Positions 20,665-31,126 of a stretch of DNA of 64,000 nt are shown here, one piece after another; position 1 is the stretch's first letter; each line of letters begins with the position of its first letter. The position numbers and the translations under genes were made by a program. The DNA is taken from positions 434,001 through 498,000 of the forward strand of contig JAQOWU010000008.1 in NCBI GenBank assembly GCA_030867685.1. Direction: 5' to 3'. The notes beneath the pieces were generated by a model that was not told where the DNA came from, made no database searches, and was given only the letters and a program-made list of their open reading frames with translations. Source of the stretch: Wickerhamiella versatilis. Taxonomy: Eukaryota.

Positions 20665-21441
20665 ATGCTCCATGTGCTATCCTTCTTCCTGGGTTGGGCA
20701 TATGTTGTATGCTGGGGCGTAAGTCTCTACCCGCCTGTCATGCTAAATCGAAAGCTGCAATCTGTTGAGGGTGTCTCTGTTGATTTCGCCTACTTAAATC
20801 TCTTGGGGTGTATATTTTATCTCGCCTCAGTATGCATGTTGTATTTCAGTACTAAAGTGAGAATGGAGTATGCCCTGCGATATGGAACTAAAAAAATACC
20901 TTTGATTCGCTTCAATGATATTGTTTACGGTGTGCATTCGTTAGCGTTGGTTATCGTATTATTGTGGCAGTTCTTTGTGTCTGGTTATCGCAAGCATGCA
21001 ACACAACATCTCTCTGCAACCATAAAATGGCTCACTGTTATCATGATATTGAGCACTATTGGGCTGCTTCTTCATGCCTGGGAGATAAGCACTACCCGCA
21101 GACATTACGAACTGGTGGATGTTGCCAGCATTTTCGGAACAGTGAAGGTATTTTTGAGCAGTATAAAGTACCTACCTCAGGCTTACCATAATTTTCAACG
21201 TAAGTCAGTAAAAGGCTTTGCCGTCACCGGCTATGTACTGGAGCTTTTGGGAGGCATGTTCTGTATCTCCCAATTTTTTATTGATGCCTACATACAAGAT
21301 GATTTAATTGGCGCCATACAACATCCTGTGAAACTGCTTCTAGCTCTGGTATCAATGCTTTTTTCCGCAATTTTCATTATCCAGCATTATATTTACGCGG
21401 AACAGGAGCCCACAATATATAATGCCAAACACCTAGATTAG
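20665..21441 (+). CDS. ERS1: Cystinosin-like PQ-loop transporter
   Basis: GWAYVVCWGVSLYP, SVEGVSVDF, NDIVYGVH, KYLPQAYHNFQRKSVKGF, FIIQHYIY. Confidence 0.88.
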   Translation: MLHVLSFFLGWAYVVCWGVSLYPPVMLNRKLQSVEGVSVDFAYLNLLGCIFYLASVCMLYFSTKVRMEYALRYGTKKIPLIRFNDIVYGVHSLALVIVLLWQFFVSGYRKHATQHLSATIKWLTVIMILSTIGLLLHAWEISTTRRHYELVDVASIFGTVKVFLSSIKYLPQAYHNFQRKSVKGFAVTGYVLELLGGMFCISQFFIDAYIQDDLIGAIQHPVKLLLALVSMLFSAIFIIQHYIYAEQEPTIYNAKHLD

Positions 21442-21481
21442 GCTCTGTACAAACACTGATTACATCATACTCCCCGAGCAC

Positions 21482-24400
21482 ATGGTGGAGGAATGCTGGC
21501 CATGGCATTCTGATGGCCAGCCATTATCCCGAGAGGCCATGCAACAAGGCTATAGGGTCCAATTTCAGGTTCCTGATGAAAAGGCTAGTCTTGGGTCTTC
21601 CACAGTGGATAACAAGATACAAATCCGCGAAAACCAGATGAATCTCATGTCGCATTTTCTTGCGCTGGCGATGCGTGTAAGGGAAACAACTCAACGTATT
21701 AGACCTCCCTCGACATTTAGGGCACCACCCAGAGTTACATTATCAGAGCAGCGCCGTGATGCCTGGCTCACGGACCTTTCTGATATTAATGTAGTTCAAC
21801 GCAAGCTCTCCCGGACTATCCCTAATGGAATAAGCGGACGGCTACTATTAGATCAAATGCTACTAAGGAGAGTACCAATATCCCGAGCAACCTGGTTTTT
21901 CCGTAGTGTTGGTGCTAATGAACTTCGATCCCTTCGCCGCAATGGTTCAGAATCAGAACATGGCTGGTTAGTTGAGAGGACTGATGAAATAACCGCATGG
22001 ATATCTGCAGAGCTGCCATCGGTAATTGGATTTTCAACAGATTGGGATAGAAAGACAAAGTACGCCATGAATCTCGCGGCTAACCTCTTTTACGAAGGAT
22101 TGTGTGATCGAGCACGATTTGTGAACTGGCTTTTGACTTCACTGGAGCAAGGTGATCCTGTAGATACACCTATATATGTTTATTTGATTGGACGTGTTTG
22201 GCGGTCCATCAAGCGGTCTCAAATAGTGTCAGGATTGGTTCGTTCGGTGGCAAAAAGCTATAGACATCACGGCAAGTACAAAGAATTTCGAGAAGTGATT
22301 GATCCATTGCTAAGGAAGATTGTTGAAGAGCTGCCTTCAGAACTTGTACAGCCCTCAGTATGGTGTGATTTGGAAGCAGGCGTACGTCAAGTGGCAGAAG
22401 GTAATGTTTTTGATGAATTGAGACGTCGTAATGCCCTTTTTATGGCGGAAGATCCCCCAAAAATTCCATATGAGTGGTCTTTAAGTGTGAAAATTGGCAA
22501 AATCCTAGAAACTTTCACGGTACCCTTCAATTTAGGTGAACTGTTGCATAGTTTTCCGGAAGAGGTATCTCAGGAACTTCTAGTACGTACTCTATTGTTA
22601 TGGACGGTCAGAAAGCAGAACATCAGCAGCGTGACTCTATGTGTCAGTCTGTTGCGTATGCTCCGCCAGTATCGTGGTGTGCCAATCCAAGATCATATTA
22701 TAGCATTCTTGACAGGTCAGGTAGGCGCTGGGGCCCTTCCTGGTCCTGTTGGTATTGCAAATCATGCCTTGTATGATCTAATTACAGAATGCTATGTTAC
22801 TGGCCTCCTCAACATCGAAGCATACTTTACTCGTCTCATTGCGACAGGTATTATTTATTTAGAGGGATCACAACAGCAACAGCAAAAACAAATTCTTCGT
22901 AATCTTCCTTACGAATTGATGTCTCCAGCTCAATGTGTCCAGGCGCGCATGCTTTTAAAGGAGGACCCAAGCAGCGTGGATGTAAGTCAGGTGCTAGAAC
23001 AAGCGCGCACCGGGTCCAAAATTGACATACCAGTGGAGCTTACAAAAAATCAAAGAATATGCTATGCCAAAGCTCTTGTATCCTATGCAAAATCGCATCC
23101 TCCGAAGACACCCCAAATGCTTGAAAAACTTGTCAACGCTCTAGAGCGCATCGGTGATGCTCGTGGCCTCAATGCACTAATCTATTCGACGGTTTCTCAT
23201 GGAAATCTTCCCGTAATAGCGTGCTGCGCACGCCAAGTCCATTTGCATCTTTTACTATTTACTTGTACAGGACATGTGGAGTCCTTTGTCTACCAGCTCA
23301 TGCGAAAAATTCGCGAGCTAGGCCCTACAGAAACTAATACTGATGCCAATCTTCAGCAAACCATTCTTGCTCTTCGCGATGCCCTTAGTAGTCCATCTGT
23401 TCTCGCAGATTTTGGTCTAGTGTTTGCCACTGCATCATCAAACACATTTCCTGTTGCTACCCCTCCAGACACTGCCACTGGTGGTCCAAAGTCGTACATC
23501 TCACATGTCCACTCAGCACTAATATCTTCAGACTTTGTGGCTTTATCTTCTTTGAAAGAGGAGTCCCCGAATGATTTCACGCAGGTTGTTCTTGATTGGA
23601 TTGAGCAGGACATAGATCGTGGCATCATTATGAGGCTTGTTGTGTGTGAGTTGGTGAATCTTGATTCAATTCAGAACTTGTCGTTGCTGCTGTGGCTGCT
23701 TCTGATTCCGGGAAATGACATTGGGCTCTGTTACGAGGAGATCATCCAACTGGAAAAATCCCGTCAAAAGTTCATAGCAGATGCTGGTCCTGCGAGGTTT
23801 CTGAGGCTGTGGGAATGTGCGTCAGAGTGTTTTAGCGGTTTGGGACTTGGTCAGTTAAGCCAATTAACAAACAAATACCCTGATCTGTGCATTCAACAGT
23901 TTATCAAACCCATCCTAGCAGCAGGATCGTCTATGAGTGAGCGTCTCAAAAGAATTACGACGAGACAGTGTCTTACTGTCGCAGATATGCTGTTCAGAGC
24001 AAACCCCTTTAATCTAAGGCTCTATCAGGGCCTTGTTTTAGTTGCCTTTGACGAGCGCGATGAAGATAACATAGCAGAAGAGGTATTGAAAACTACTGAG
24101 ACTGCTGCGATGAAGGCCCCTGAAACTATAGTAGCTTTGCAAAGCTTGTTCACATACACGTCGCAGTCTATTAAGACTGCTATCGCAAAAAAAGCGGTGG
24201 AACATATAATGATCAGTACACAGCTCAACAGTGAAACCATCGATGCCTTTAGACTTTTGGTTGGTCTAGCGCCCGCCAATATGATTCTTGGTGATCTTCC
24301 GAGCCTTATGAACCGGGTCCTTGTCTCTGCCCGGCAGAAGGAGACTTCAACGTGGTCTTTACTAGCCCTGACACTTGTACTCGCTGTTAGACGGCCTATC

Positions 24401-24718
24401 GATGCTGCAGAAACCTCATCGGTAATCTTAGGTCTACGGGAAATGCAAACCATGCCACTAGCAGATAGTCTGAACGAACTCGTAGTGGATGCTTTAAGAG
24501 TACTCAATCCACCCGATAAATTCGATGGACAACTTCCAGGTCCCCAGGAATCCCCTCTTGATGGTCTAATGCTGTATTCTCGCTCCTCTGATAACTATTC
24601 ACAACTGAAAGTCGATCCTTTCTCATTAATCGAAGATGCATGCCCAACCATTTCGAAAAATGATACACCGATTGAATTATCACTATTTGAGAGCTACATG
24701 GCACCTCAAGGACGGTAA
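21482..24718 (+). CDS. SRB8: Mediator CDK-module subunit Med12/Srb8
   Basis: Med12 domain FRAPPRVTLSEQRRDAWLTDLSD...RKLSRTIPNG...VPISRATWF; C-terminal NDTPIELSLF. Confidence 0.9.
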   Translation: MVEECWPWHSDGQPLSREAMQQGYRVQFQVPDEKASLGSSTVDNKIQIRENQMNLMSHFLALAMRVRETTQRIRPPSTFRAPPRVTLSEQRRDAWLTDLSDINVVQRKLSRTIPNGISGRLLLDQMLLRRVPISRATWFFRSVGANELRSLRRNGSESEHGWLVERTDEITAWISAELPSVIGFSTDWDRKTKYAMNLAANLFYEGLCDRARFVNWLLTSLEQGDPVDTPIYVYLIGRVWRSIKRSQIVSGLVRSVAKSYRHHGKYKEFREVIDPLLRKIVEELPSELVQPSVWCDLEAGVRQVAEGNVFDELRRRNALFMAEDPPKIPYEWSLSVKIGKILETFTVPFNLGELLHSFPEEVSQELLVRTLLLWTVRKQNISSVTLCVSLLRMLRQYRGVPIQDHIIAFLTGQVGAGALPGPVGIANHALYDLITECYVTGLLNIEAYFTRLIATGIIYLEGSQQQQQKQILRNLPYELMSPAQCVQARMLLKEDPSSVDVSQVLEQARTGSKIDIPVELTKNQRICYAKALVSYAKSHPPKTPQMLEKLVNALERIGDARGLNALIYSTVSHGNLPVIACCARQVHLHLLLFTCTGHVESFVYQLMRKIRELGPTETNTDANLQQTILALRDALSSPSVLADFGLVFATASSNTFPVATPPDTATGGPKSYISHVHSALISSDFVALSSLKEESPNDFTQVVLDWIEQDIDRGIIMRLVVCELVNLDSIQNLSLLLWLLLIPGNDIGLCYEEIIQLEKSRQKFIADAGPARFLRLWECASECFSGLGLGQLSQLTNKYPDLCIQQFIKPILAAGSSMSERLKRITTRQCLTVADMLFRANPFNLRLYQGLVLVAFDERDEDNIAEEVLKTTETAAMKAPETIVALQSLFTYTSQSIKTAIAKKAVEHIMISTQLNSETIDAFRLLVGLAPANMILGDLPSLMNRVLVSARQKETSTWSLLALTLVLAVRRPIDAAETSSVILGLREMQTMPLADSLNELVVDALRVLNPPDKFDGQLPGPQESPLDGLMLYSRSSDNYSQLKVDPFSLIEDACPTISKNDTPIELSLFESYMAPQGR

Positions 24719-24785
24719 AAGATCTCGTTTTTTTATACCTATTTATTTTTTCTTTAGCGGTGTATAAATATTATTAAGCTTCAAA

Positions 24786-25877
24786 ATGACGGATTCACCG
24801 GCTGGTCTAGCCCAGATACTGGAAGAATATCGTGGGAAGAGTGGAGATGATATCCTCAAGGATTTAAACAAAGTCCCCTTTTTTATGACTGAGCTTGATG
24901 AGTCGGAAGAAAATCCACAAGTTGAGGCTCTTCAAGCCATGGCATATGAAGGGGACCCAGACGAAATCGCAGAGAACTTTCGTAGGCAGGGAAATGACAA
25001 ATTTAAGATTCGATTTTACCATGATGCAATTCATTTCTATACAGAGGCTCTAAATCAGAAATGTGGAGTGGACTCCATAGAGATTGCCTGCTTGGGCAAT
25101 CGGGCCCAAGCGAATCTAAACTTGAAAAATTATCGACAATGCATAAATGACTGTCGAGATATTCTCAAACGGGAACCACGTAATTTAAAGGCGTGGTTTC
25201 GTAGCTCAAAAGCTTTTATGCAACTTGACCGTGTTGATGAGGCTGCTATGTGTGCGGCAAGAGGGCTAGCCGTAAGCCCTAATAACCATGACTTTGAGAC
25301 CTTGCAGGGGCAGGCTCTGGATAGGAGAGTTCGTCTAGATCAATTAAAACGCTATCGGGAGTCAAAAGATGCAGAGACCGAAGCGAAAAACCGGTCATTG
25401 CAAATGGCTTTGGATATACACAGTGTTAAACGGCGTTGGTCTGATCCATGCAGTAATGATGCATCAAAGCGAGGTAATCCAGAGGGCTTGGAGCCTCATT
25501 TAGAGGTAGATGGGGATCCTACTTTAATGCTCTATCTACCAGTTCGAGTTCTCTATCCACTTGCTATGAAAACAGATGTTCTTCAAGCAGTGGATTTGAA
25601 TACCGATATTTCTACCATAATTGAGCAAGTACTAGTGCCTCCACCACCATGGCTGAATGCAAATGACTATAAATTAGGAGAAGTTGATGCTTTTTCTCAA
25701 ACCGAGAGTGGTGGTCTAGCTAAAATTGGGCTGAGATCAACCCTCGCCAAGGTTGTAGCAACCAAGACTCCAGGTATCATTATGGTTGATAATATGCTCC
25801 GTATTTATATCGTACCAAAAAATCAAACAAAAAATTGGTTGTCAAATTATAAGAAAAGTCAAACTTTTTACGAGTAA
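24786..25877 (+). CDS. CNS1: Hsp70/Hsp90 TPR co-chaperone Cns1 (TTC4)
   Basis: LNKVPFFMTELD, ALQAMAYEGDPDEIAENFRRQGN, three TPRs. Confidence 0.92.
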   Translation: MTDSPAGLAQILEEYRGKSGDDILKDLNKVPFFMTELDESEENPQVEALQAMAYEGDPDEIAENFRRQGNDKFKIRFYHDAIHFYTEALNQKCGVDSIEIACLGNRAQANLNLKNYRQCINDCRDILKREPRNLKAWFRSSKAFMQLDRVDEAAMCAARGLAVSPNNHDFETLQGQALDRRVRLDQLKRYRESKDAETEAKNRSLQMALDIHSVKRRWSDPCSNDASKRGNPEGLEPHLEVDGDPTLMLYLPVRVLYPLAMKTDVLQAVDLNTDISTIIEQVLVPPPPWLNANDYKLGEVDAFSQTESGGLAKIGLRSTLAKVVATKTPGIIMVDNMLRIYIVPKNQTKNWLSNYKKSQTFYE

Positions 25878-25915
25878 CAGTCCTTCTACCCCCACGAATT
25901 TTCGTAATCTGACAA

Positions 25916-26872
25916 ATGGTAAATTTTGATGATGAGCCTCTAGTACTGGATGGTGCTGCTGGCACTCTTTTGGTTCTTGACGGTGCATCAGGTACTCTTC
26001 TGGAAAATCAAGGAGTTGGGTTGCATCCAAAGTTGTGGTCAGCAATCGCCATAGCTCGCAACTTGGATGCAGTGCGCAAATTACATAGGAACTATTTTGA
26101 CGCAGGCGCTAATATCGCTACCACAGTTACGTATCAGGCTAGTGTTCCAGTGTTTTCCGAAGAACTTGGTATCTCAGAGGAAGAAGCAGCCAATCTGCTT
26201 ACCAGTGCAGTGTCGGTTGCGAAAGATGAGGCGCTAAAAGCGCCATCACCTGATAAAAGATATGTGGCGGCTGGTCTTGGTCCATATGGGGCCCATCTTT
26301 TGTTGGGGCAGGAGTATACGGGCGACTACTCTGGGATCACGATGTCAGAGATCGAAAAATGGCACGAGCCGAATGTTAAGGCCGTACTTGCTGGAAAGCC
26401 CGATATACTGCTGTTTGAGACGATACCCAACATCACCGAAGTGATCGGTATAATAAATTTGACTAACAGAATGGATATATCAATCCCCATATGGATGGGT
26501 CTGAGTGTAAAGGCCACAGACTTAGGAGTTACTCTCGCAGATGGCACGCCTTTGGATTTTGTTGCCGAAAAGTTGAAGAATAGCAAAATACAGGCAATTG
26601 GTGCGAACTGCTTCCAGTTGCATCGGGCATCAGCTGTTATTTCAGCTCTCAGAAATGCATTCAACTTGCCGCTCATTATATATCCAAATTCAGGGGAAGT
26701 TTATGATGCCGTCAGTAAAGTGTGGAACGATCCCGAGCATACCAGTTTGAGAGCTTGGGACATTGACGACTGGGTTAAGAACGGGGTCCGGGTCATTGGA
26801 GGCTGCTGTCGAACAGGGCCAGAGCAAATTCGTTACATTTCCAAATGCGTGAATGACCTTAAATCCAGTTAA
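25916..26872 (+). CDS. Homocysteine S-methyltransferase (Sam4/Mht1/MmuM family)
   Basis: VLDGAxGT (duplicated), LWSA, GPYGA, FETIP, GANC, YPNSGEVYD, IGGCCRT zinc ligands. Confidence 0.93.
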   Translation: MVNFDDEPLVLDGAAGTLLVLDGASGTLLENQGVGLHPKLWSAIAIARNLDAVRKLHRNYFDAGANIATTVTYQASVPVFSEELGISEEEAANLLTSAVSVAKDEALKAPSPDKRYVAAGLGPYGAHLLLGQEYTGDYSGITMSEIEKWHEPNVKAVLAGKPDILLFETIPNITEVIGIINLTNRMDISIPIWMGLSVKATDLGVTLADGTPLDFVAEKLKNSKIQAIGANCFQLHRASAVISALRNAFNLPLIIYPNSGEVYDAVSKVWNDPEHTSLRAWDIDDWVKNGVRVIGGCCRTGPEQIRYISKCVNDLKSS

Positions 26873-27124
26873 CGACCACCAGCACCTCGCTAGTTTTCCG
26901 AGCTTCCTAAGTTCCTCTTCTTTAGGTCTGATCTCTAATTAAAACTATCGTTTTCACACAATCAGGACGTATGTCGGTCATAATTCGATATAACGGCTGA
27001 AGCAGCTGTAAAAAATATTATTTCTCGCCTTTTATCTTCATAAATCTAAATATGAGCATCTGTTTTTTTAACCTAGTATAGTTCTACCAATATCAGATCA
27101 AATTGGAACAGGGTCACATAAAAA

Positions 27125-27604
27125 CGGCACGTGCCGCAAGCATCGATAAGACACGTTGACCGTATTAAAGTAACTAAAAACCCATGGGCTCCTTGCCCTG
27201 ACGATCTGTCAAGGCCCACAGCTGGGCCATTTAACATAAAAAAGAGGGCATTGTCTCGATAAAGAGCCGAATTTGGGTAATTACATGAATATATTTGTAT
27301 TAAAATAACAAAAAAACTAAAAATTTCTAGAATAGAAATCTGTGGAGTTCAGCGCACGTGTGTCTCTCTTTCTTTTTTTTTCTTCCCTCAAATTAAAGCT
27401 TCCCACGTGCACGAATGCATGAATAGCTGCACAAAAAAGGTAAGGGTTCTTTTTTTTCTTCACTTGAAACCCCCAAAACTTCCATGTCAGACAATTCTAT
27501 ACGCCTTTTATTTTCAAGACAACACATTATTAGGTATATAAGAAACGATATGGTGCGATATTGTACCGAAACCAAGAAATTAAGACGAGCTATTATTCCA
27601 CGTG
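27125..27604. promoter_or_regulatory. Cluster of Pho4-type E-boxes upstream of the phosphate permease
   Basis: CACGTG at 27128, 27355, 27404 and 27599; CACGTT at 27152; TATA-like TATATA at ~27633 and ~27666. Confidence 0.75.
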
Positions 27605-27711
27605 ATGGCTTGAAGGACTCTGATTGGCTGCTTATATATGCCGCACGTAGCGCTTGTTAGTAGGTTATATATATCAGCATAAAGTAAATCCTCTATCAGT
27701 AAATTCTGGCA

Positions 27712-29862
27712 ATGGCTCCTGATCACGTACGTAGGTCCCATGCGCCGCCGGTTGGTATGATCCCTGTGCCGGGCGGACCGCATGGTTATGATACCATTGA
27801 TGGCGAGTTGGTCAACGACAGCTATGACGAGCCTTTTGACAAGCAAGAAAAGGATATCTTCCGTCATCTCTTGTGTCCTAGTGATATTTACAATGAGGAA
27901 GGTGTCTACTGGGGTGATCTCCCTTTTTGGAAACGTTTGAGCTTTAACACCAAGGTGGAGAACAAGGAAGCACGCCGAGAGCTTGGTGTAATTTGGCAAA
28001 TGTTCAAAGAAGATCCCCTGTCCCCAATTGCTTGGTATTTCCGTAACGCTGTTCTTCCCGGTGCTGGTATGCTTTTGGAGGGTTATGTACTTTTCTCAGT
28101 CGGTAACGTGAAGTCTCTTTTCCAGGACCAGTGGCCACAGTGCTGGAATTACAGCAAATGGAAGACAAGCTATCAAAAGGAACATCCAGGTCAGGAGGTC
28201 CCAGGCCCAGTATGCAACAAGACCTGGCTCGCTGCTGTGGACTACCTTGAAATTTGTGGTATTATCTGTGGACAGATCGGTGTAGGCTTTATCGGTGACG
28301 CCTTGGGCCGTCGTTGGGGTCTTATTCAAGACGCCGTAATTATGTTTGTTGGTCTTGTTATGCTCACTGCTATGTGGGGTAAGGATCTTAATGGCTGGAT
28401 TATCTGCTACTCGTGGTCTTTGTTCTTCTATTCGATCGGTGTGGGTGGTGAATACCCTATGACTGCTACCAGTGGTATGGAACGCGCTGGAACCCTTAGT
28501 CGATATGAACAGGAGCAAGATCGTCTTCACCGTGGTCGTCGTGTTGTAAGTGCCTTCCTGATGCAGGGCTGGGGTCAGTTCTTTAACCAGGTAATCCTTA
28601 TTCTTTGTATTTTGATTTTCCATCACGGATCTGGTCTTTCTCCATTCTCGAAGGTGTCTGTTCAGTGGACATTCCGTGTCAGTTTTGCTATTCCCGCCGT
28701 AGGAACTTTGCTTTTGGTCTACTTGCGTTCCTATAAGATGCCAAACATTTCGAAGGCTCTTGATAAGGCGAAGAAGGAAGAGCATGTGACCGGATACGAT
28801 GTTGCGAGTTTCAAGCTGATCTTGCAGCATTACGGGTTCCGTCTTTTTGCCACTTCAATTGTGTGGTTCTTCAACGATGTATTCTTCTACGGAAACAAAT
28901 TGTTCCAGAGTGATTTCATCAGCGCAATCATTGGTGACGGTAACTCTGATTTCAAGGTAATGCTCGGCTGGCTCTACAACCTCATCAACATTGGTGTTTC
29001 CCTGGCAGGATACTATCTTGCAAGCTTCCTCGTTGATACCCGCCTTTATGGCCGTAATTGGATGATGCAAATCGGGTTTGCAGCAATGTTCATTCTGTTC
29101 TTGGTCCCAGGCTTCGACTACTGTTACTTCGAGGGAGGTGACGGTAAGAGCACTTGTAAGGACCTCTATGGCGGTAAGTACGCTGATGGCGTTCCGAAGT
29201 CGCACACCAAGGGCTTCCAGGCTATGTACTTCTTGTCAAGTTTCTTCAACCAGTTCGGACCTAACTGTGTCACTTTCCTTGTTGCAGCGGAGGTTTACCC
29301 TACACAAGTCCGTGCCACAGCTCATGGTCTTAGTGCTGGTATTGGTAAATTGGGTGCCCTTATGGCCTCAATTCTGTATAATTACATTGGTACCACGAAG
29401 AAGTTCCATTTCATCCCATGGTGGGGTCTTGCAGGTATGATTGTGACGTTTATGTTCATGCCTGACACCACCGGTCTTGATCTGAGGGAACAGGACAGAC
29501 GGTTCAAATATATCAGTGAAGGTCGTGAAAGTGAGTACCATGGTACCGCTATTCACTGGACCCATCTTTCGTGGTATGAGAGGTTCCGTGGTTTGCATAA
29601 GAACTATAATGCGGATGCCGATTTCAAGCAGAAGGTCGATGAGATGCGCGAAGACTGGGAAAGCAGACAGCGCCAGAAGTTTAATGATGAGGCTGATATA
29701 GATGATCACAAGTCTCAATTTACTCCCTCTGTTAATAACTTTTTTATTCGTACTTCGCCAATGATGGCAGCGGAAAAGCATGACTACAACAGCTCATCTC
29801 CTAGCGACTCTCAGAACGGAGATTTACACCTTCCAGAAGCTGCTCAAGCTGAGAAGAACTAA
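27712..29862 (+). CDS. MFS phosphate:H+ symporter (PHS family, Pho84-related)
   Basis: GVGGEYP, AFLMQGWG, WFFNDVFFYGN, FFNQFGPNCVTF, AEVYPTQVRATAHGLSAGIGKLGA. Confidence 0.88.
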   Translation: MAPDHVRRSHAPPVGMIPVPGGPHGYDTIDGELVNDSYDEPFDKQEKDIFRHLLCPSDIYNEEGVYWGDLPFWKRLSFNTKVENKEARRELGVIWQMFKEDPLSPIAWYFRNAVLPGAGMLLEGYVLFSVGNVKSLFQDQWPQCWNYSKWKTSYQKEHPGQEVPGPVCNKTWLAAVDYLEICGIICGQIGVGFIGDALGRRWGLIQDAVIMFVGLVMLTAMWGKDLNGWIICYSWSLFFYSIGVGGEYPMTATSGMERAGTLSRYEQEQDRLHRGRRVVSAFLMQGWGQFFNQVILILCILIFHHGSGLSPFSKVSVQWTFRVSFAIPAVGTLLLVYLRSYKMPNISKALDKAKKEEHVTGYDVASFKLILQHYGFRLFATSIVWFFNDVFFYGNKLFQSDFISAIIGDGNSDFKVMLGWLYNLINIGVSLAGYYLASFLVDTRLYGRNWMMQIGFAAMFILFLVPGFDYCYFEGGDGKSTCKDLYGGKYADGVPKSHTKGFQAMYFLSSFFNQFGPNCVTFLVAAEVYPTQVRATAHGLSAGIGKLGALMASILYNYIGTTKKFHFIPWWGLAGMIVTFMFMPDTTGLDLREQDRRFKYISEGRESEYHGTAIHWTHLSWYERFRGLHKNYNADADFKQKVDEMREDWESRQRQKFNDEADIDDHKSQFTPSVNNFFIRTSPMMAAEKHDYNSSSPSDSQNGDLHLPEAAQAEKN

Positions 29863-30028
29863 GTTAAGCTAGCTAATTCTTTCTTTAATTAATGTTTTGC
29901 ACATACTAGGTAAAATATATCTGAAGTGTTCGTGAAAGACATCTGGAAAATACTTCATGCCGATTGATAATGATATCAGTTGTGACATTCAATCTTCTAT
30001 ATTGTTATACACCTTATTCATGTAAATT

Positions 30029-30110
30029 GGCACTTTGGCCGAGCGGTCTATGGCGGTACGTTCAGGTCGTACTCTCTCATGAGGCGAGGGTTCGAATCCC
30101 TCAGGTGTCA
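30029..30110 (+). tRNA. tRNA-Leu(CAG), intronless, 82 nt
   Basis: Acceptor GGCACTT/AGGTGTC with A73; A box TGGCCGAGCGG; anticodon arm GTACG-TTCAGGT-CGTAC (CAG at 30063-30065); long variable arm; T arm GAGGG-TTCGAAT-CCCTC. Confidence 0.95.
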
Positions 30111-30114
30111 CTAC

Positions 30115-30123
30115 TTTTTTTTT
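30115..30123 (+). terminator. RNA polymerase III terminator (T9)
   Basis: Run of 9 T four nt after the tRNA 3' end. Confidence 0.85.
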
Positions 30124-30227
30124 GTATTCCATTTCCCTGAATAGCCTAATAACTACTAATAGGAGGTGGTGGTCTAATATTTTTTTTGTCTGAAAAAAAA
30201 ACCTAAAAATTGCGAATAAAACAATAA

Positions 30228-31034
30228 CTAATATGACACGGCCAGCGAAAAAATTGACAGAACCATGAAGGCTAGAACGGCATGTAGAAGTACACCGACA
30301 CCAAGAACAAGTGAGGCTTTCGTACGATCCACAGTGACATTATTCGAGGCTCCTGCAAATATAATTTTGTATACATTTCCATAAATGAACCAAGAAGAAA
30401 ATACGAAGCCTAAGAAAGTTGCACCCCATCGAACAATTCGAGACAGTGTTATACCCACCAACGCAGTGGCCAGGGGAGAACCCGCCACAAGGACAGCAGG
30501 AACCCAGATAACATTTGAGTAGCCACACAGACAAACCGTCTGAGCCAGCGTCAATGTCGGAGTCAGGTTAAAAAATTGTAATGCTAACCACAGGACCACT
30601 GGCACGCCAAAGGTAAATACCAGCATCAGACCAGCTGCGCCAGTTAGTATGGAAGCGTTATATTCGTACTGCTTCCCTGCCAGCGATGCACTTAGTATTC
30701 CAGCAAATGTGGCAGAGAAAAACATCGCAAATACAACGGTCTGATAAATCCACACAGGGCCCCACATGTCTGGCTGTTTTTCACCCACAACAGATCCGGG
30801 AGGGCTATCCAATGAGCCGTTCGTCAGGAATTGCCGTCTAAGTGAAGGGTCCAGTGCTGTAATACAGCGTGACTTAACGTCCGCGGCATCTACATCCCAC
30901 ATTGCCTTAAGAGCCATGATCAAGCCAGACCTTTGTTGATGCTGCGTACTATTTGCAGAGTCCATATTCCCACGTATCTCTGCGGAGGGTGCCTCATTCA
31001 AGCCATCATCCACCACATCTGGCTCCACCTGCAT
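30228..31034 (-). CDS. Yip1-domain Golgi protein (Yip5/YIPF1-2 type)
   Basis: WDVDAADVKSRC, PDMWGPVWI, CLCGYSNVIWVP; five TM. First ATG at 31034. Confidence 0.82.
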   Translation of the reverse strand: MQVEPDVVDDGLNEAPSAEIRGNMDSANSTQHQQRSGLIMALKAMWDVDAADVKSRCITALDPSLRRQFLTNGSLDSPPGSVVGEKQPDMWGPVWIYQTVVFAMFFSATFAGILSASLAGKQYEYNASILTGAAGLMLVFTFGVPVVLWLALQFFNLTPTLTLAQTVCLCGYSNVIWVPAVLVAGSPLATALVGITLSRIVRWGATFLGFVFSSWFIYGNVYKIIFAGASNNVTVDRTKASLVLGVGVLLHAVLAFMVLSIFSLAVSY

Positions 31035-31126
31035 GATTAATAAACTATGCCACTCACCATGCTTGGTGCATCGTGACGGCTGAGGTGCCGCACTGAATTG
31101 TTTGCTGTATATATCACATAGGTGCG

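Noticed and set aside
27580-29781. Long antisense ORFs (up to 244 aa) over the phosphate permease
   Set aside because: Expected shadows of a codon-biased gene; no recognisable domains.
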